NCBI GenBank assembly: GCA_002269645.1
Contig: NIVC01000553.1
Coordinates: forward strand, 1-64,000
DNA: 64,000 nucleotides
From: Macrostomum lignano
Taxonomy: Eukaryota
Direction of reading: 5' to 3'
A program made the translations under genes and the position numbers. Positions 60,345-64,000 of the stretch are shown here, in pieces. The number at the start of each line of letters is the position of its first letter. Within the stretch, counting starts at the first letter, position 1. The notes below the pieces were generated by a model that had not been told where the DNA came from, searched no databases, and was given only the letters and a program-made list of their open reading frames with translations.

Positions 60345-61371
60345 CTTTCTGCCTGCGGCGCTAAAATGAGTGCCTGCGGCGCTAAAATGAGTGCCTGCGG
60401 CGCTAAAATGAGTGCCTGCGACGCTAAAATGAGTGCCTGCGGCGCCAAAATGAGTGCCTGCGGCGCTAAAATGAGTGCCTGCGGCGCTAAAATGAGTGCC
60501 TGCGGCGCTAAAATGAGTGCCTGCGGCGCTGAAGTGAGTGCCTGCGGCGCTAAAATGAGTGCCTGCGGCGCTGAAGTGAGTGCCTGCGGCGCTGAAGTGA
60601 GTGCCTGCGGCGCTGAAATGAGTGCCTGCGGCGCTGAAATGAGTGCCTGCGGCGCTGAAATGAGTGCCTGCGGCGCTGAAATGAGTGCCTGCGGCGCTGA
60701 AATGAGTGCCTGCGGCGCTGAAATGAGTGCCTGCGGCGCTGAAATGAGTGCCTGCGGCGCTGAAATGAGTGCCTGCGGCGCTGAAATGAGTGCCTGCGGC
60801 GCTAAAATGAGTGCCTGTGGCGCTGAAATGAGTGCCTGTGGCGCTAAAATGAGTGCCTGCAGAACCAAAATAAGTTGCCTGAGACACCAAAATGAGTGCC
60901 TGCAGAACCAAAAAGTGCCTGCGGCGCTCAAAGGAGTGCATGAGGCGCTTAAAGGAGTGCATGAGGCGCCAAAATGAGTGCCTGCGGCGCTAAAATGAGT
61001 GTCTGCGGCGCTAAAAGGAGTGCATGAGGCGCTTAAAGGAGTGCATGAGGCGCCAAAATGAGTGTCTGAGGCGCCAAAATGAGTGTCTGAGGCGCCAAAA
61101 TGAGTGCCTGAGGCGCCAAAATGAGTGCCTGAGGCGCCAAAATGAGTGCCTGCGGCGCCAAAATGAGTGTCTGCGGCGCCAAAATGAGTGCTTTCGGCGC
61201 TAAAATGAGTGCCTGAGGCACAAAACGAGTGCCTATGGCGCTAAAATGATTGCCTGCGACGCTAAAATGAGTGCCTGCGGCGCCAAATGTGTGCTGACAA
61301 TACTGATTTTTTTAAAATGTACATGTAGAATTTTTAGCTTTGTCCCCCACCATAACACCCATGGCGACGCC
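60345..61371. mobile_element. Second, left-truncated copy of the minisatellite-carrying MITE (~44 units of the same 21-mer)
   Basis: Same unit aaaatgagtgcctgcggcgct; same right arm aaatgtacatgta...gtcccccaccataacacccatggcgacgcc; no left TIR seen. Confidence 0.7.
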
Positions 61372-62016
61372 TAGATGAACTTTACCCACTAGTTTCAGGG
61401 TTGGAAACTTTAACATATTGGCTGAGTGTTCTTTTATTTTGTTCTTTTATCTTTTAAAACTGAAGCAGGTGATTTCGCTTATCAACCACTTGTCTTAGCA
61501 CTCGCTAGCTGAATAAACATGACGCAATAAAAATACACAGAAAAGACAAACGGTATTATTTTCTTGCATTGAAGCTCTGCTTGTTTAGAAAGATCTAAAA
61601 GCAAACAAAGTTAATTCTCAATATTTTTAACGCAAGTAATTTTTTTATTTCTTTGAAAAGCAGATTTTGTATTTAAAATTTTTTTTGCTGCAAAAGGCAC
61701 AATGGCTACTTGAAATTGGTTATCGAATTAAAATTCGAGTGGCTCTACTTATTTTACCAGTTAAGCCTCATATATACTACTACTATCACAGTTTAGAGCG
61801 GCAAAGCACGAATGAAAAAAACACATTCAAGTAGCTTACTAACAGTAGACGAACAAGCGAGTTGTAGGAATTTTTTTAAAACGAACAAGAAAAAAGCAGA
61901 AAGCAGGCGACAGGCACAAACAAAAAACTTTGAAAAAGGAAGAAAAATCAAAACAAAACAACAAATGTTCAATTCTGAGCGGAATGCTTGGCTGTGCGAG
62001 CTGAAGACCCAAGAGC

Positions 62017-64000
62017 TTAATTAGCTTCATTGGCTGTCTCGTCTGAATCCTCTGGCCCAACAAGAATGTTGCTGATGCCCTGAAATAAATCAGTTTCAGA
62101 GAACCAGTTTTACTCAGAGTGACTAGACCCTATTTACATAGTATAACAAGACCCGCTCACTCGAAGACTCGATTCAATCAGAGAGTGAAAATACCCAAGT
62201 CACTCAGAGAGATCGACAAGAACCAATTCCCTCTAGGAGAGTGACAAGACAGTTCATTCAGAGAGTGACAAGACCGAATTCACTCGGAGAGTGACAAGAC
62301 CCAATTCACTCGGAGAGTGACAAGAGCCAATTCACTCGGAAAGTGACAAGACCCAATTCACTCGGAGTGACAAGATTCAATTCACTCGGAGAGTGACAAG
62401 ACCCAATTCACTCGGAGAGTGACAAGACCCGATTCACTCGGAGAGTGACAAGACCCAATTCACTCGGAGTGACAAGACCCAATTCACTCGGAGAGTGACA
62501 AGACCCAATTCACTCGGAGAGTGACAAGACCCAATTCACTCGGAGAGTGACAAGACCCAATTCACTCGGAGAGTGACAAGACCCAATTCACTCGGAGTGA
62601 CAAGACCCAATTCACTCGGAGTGACAAGACCCAATTCACTCGGAGTGACAAGAGCCAATTCACTCGGAGAGTGACAAGACCCAATTCACTCGGAGAGTGA
62701 CAAGACCCAATTCACTCGGAGTGACAAGACCCAATTCACTCGGAGTGACAAGACCCAATTCACTCGGAGTGACAAGAGCCAATTCACTCGGAGAGTGACA
62801 AGACCCAATTCACTCGGAGTGACAAGACCCAATTCACTCGGAGTGACAAGACCCAATTCACTCGGAGAGTGACAAGACCCAATTCACTCGGAGTGACAAG
62901 AGCCAATTCACTCGGAGTGACAAGACCCAATTCACTTGGAGTGACAAGACCCAATTCACTCGGAGAGTGACAAGACCCAATTCACTCAGTGACAAGAGCC
63001 AATTCACTCGGAGTGACAAGACCCAATTCACTTGGAGTGACCAGACCCAATTCACTCGGAGAGTGACAAGACCCAATTCACTCGGAGTGACAAGACCCAA
63101 TTCACTCGGAGTGACAAGACCCAATTCACTCGGAGTGACAAGAGCCAATTCACTCGGAGAGTGACAAGACCCAATTCACTCGGAGAGTGACGAGAGCCAA
63201 TTTACTCGGAGAGTGACAAGACCCAATTCACTCGGAGAGTGACAAGACCCAATTCACTCGGAGAGTGACGAGAGCCAATTTACTCGGAGAGTGACAAGAC
63301 CCAATTCACTCGGAGTGACAAGACCCAATTCACTCGGGGTGACAAGAACCCAGTTATCACTACGAGAGTGAATCTTAATGACCTACCTTCCAATGCGCTG
63401 GTAAAGCCATCAGCTCAGTGGCGCCTCTCAAGTCAATCCTTGGTGCCCGACTACTCAATGGTTCCTCAGCGTCTCCAGCCGCAGCTCCATCTGCTCCGGG
63501 GGCCATAATCTGCATCAGCAATTCGTCGCTTAAACAATCTGGACTCAGAGGATTCGCCCGCAGCAGCAGATGACGCAGACAGCTGGCTAGCAGAGGCAGC
63601 AGAGGTGGCGGCACCTCTACAAACCGATTAGCGGTCAGGTTGACTAAATTCAAGCGCTGACAATTGGCCAGACTGTCTGGCAGTTCAGTCAGCTGGTTCT
63701 CCTCGGCGCTGAGCCACTCCAGACACGTGCAGCGGCCAATTGACTCCGGCAGGCTGTTCAATCTGTTGTAGTTCAGGCCGAGCTGTTTCAAATTCGGCAT
63801 CCCAGCGAATAGCTGGTCGGGCAGTCCTGACAGCTGGCATGCGTGCAGCCACAGGTGGGTCAGGCCGGCCAGTTTGCACAGGGTGTCCGGCACGGCGCAC
63901 AGGGGATTGTAGCTGGCGCTGAGGATGCGGAGATGCTCCAGCTGGCCCAGACTGCTTGGCAACAGGCTGAGACAGTTGTGGTCCAGGGTGAGCTCCTGTG
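62017..64000 (-). CDS. Leucine-rich-repeat protein, 5'-partial; exons >64000-63387 and 62079-62017
   Basis: About 7 typical LxxLxLxxNxLxxLP repeats; donor AAG|gtaggt and acceptor tttcag|GGC in phase 0 give the C-terminus ...AHWK-GISNILVGPEDSDETANEAN*. Confidence 0.85.
62190..63350. repeat. 24/26-bp minisatellite filling the last LRR intron
   Basis: cactcgg(ag)agtgacaagacccaatt. Confidence 0.95.

Noticed and set aside
38763-63164. Repetitive ORFs at 38763-39830, 42082-42957, 51936-52503, 53630-53824, 57085-57659, 60257-61221, 62858-63164
   Set aside because: All are stop-free frames of tandem arrays; no splice or codon support
22785-63350. Tandem arrays as CRISPR arrays
   Set aside because: Units are head-to-tail with no unique spacers, no cas genes, and the context is eukaryotic

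Overview
Eukaryotic (metazoan) genomic DNA, not prokaryotic: spliced genes with GT-AG introns, C2H2 zinc-finger arrays, SINEs, LINE relics, solo LTRs, MITEs and an interstitial (TTAGGG)5. The Ala/Gln/Pro-rich proteins and minisatellite-laden introns suggest a free-living flatworm such as Macrostomum (inference only). Left half (1-33 kb): a tandem duplication carrying two C2H2-ZNF paralogues (one frameshifted), each next to a Crypton/DUF3504-like relic; a 3-exon Smaug/ZCCHC14-type SAM-domain gene; a dense transposon nest (hAT MITEs, solo LTRs, RTE LINE); a 2-exon orphan gene; and a low-complexity 459-aa ORF bracketed by inverted CORE-type SINEs. Right half (33-64 kb): SLC22-family transporter (4 exons), cysteamine dioxygenase ADO (3 exons), ANKRD63-like (4 exons) and the 3' part of an LRR gene. 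All 9 introns of these four genes contain their own unrelated 20-47-bp tandem array, and one minisatellite travels inside a MITE family. All exon models were derived by hand from splice consensus and reading-frame phase; family assignments come from recalled motifs, not database searches.
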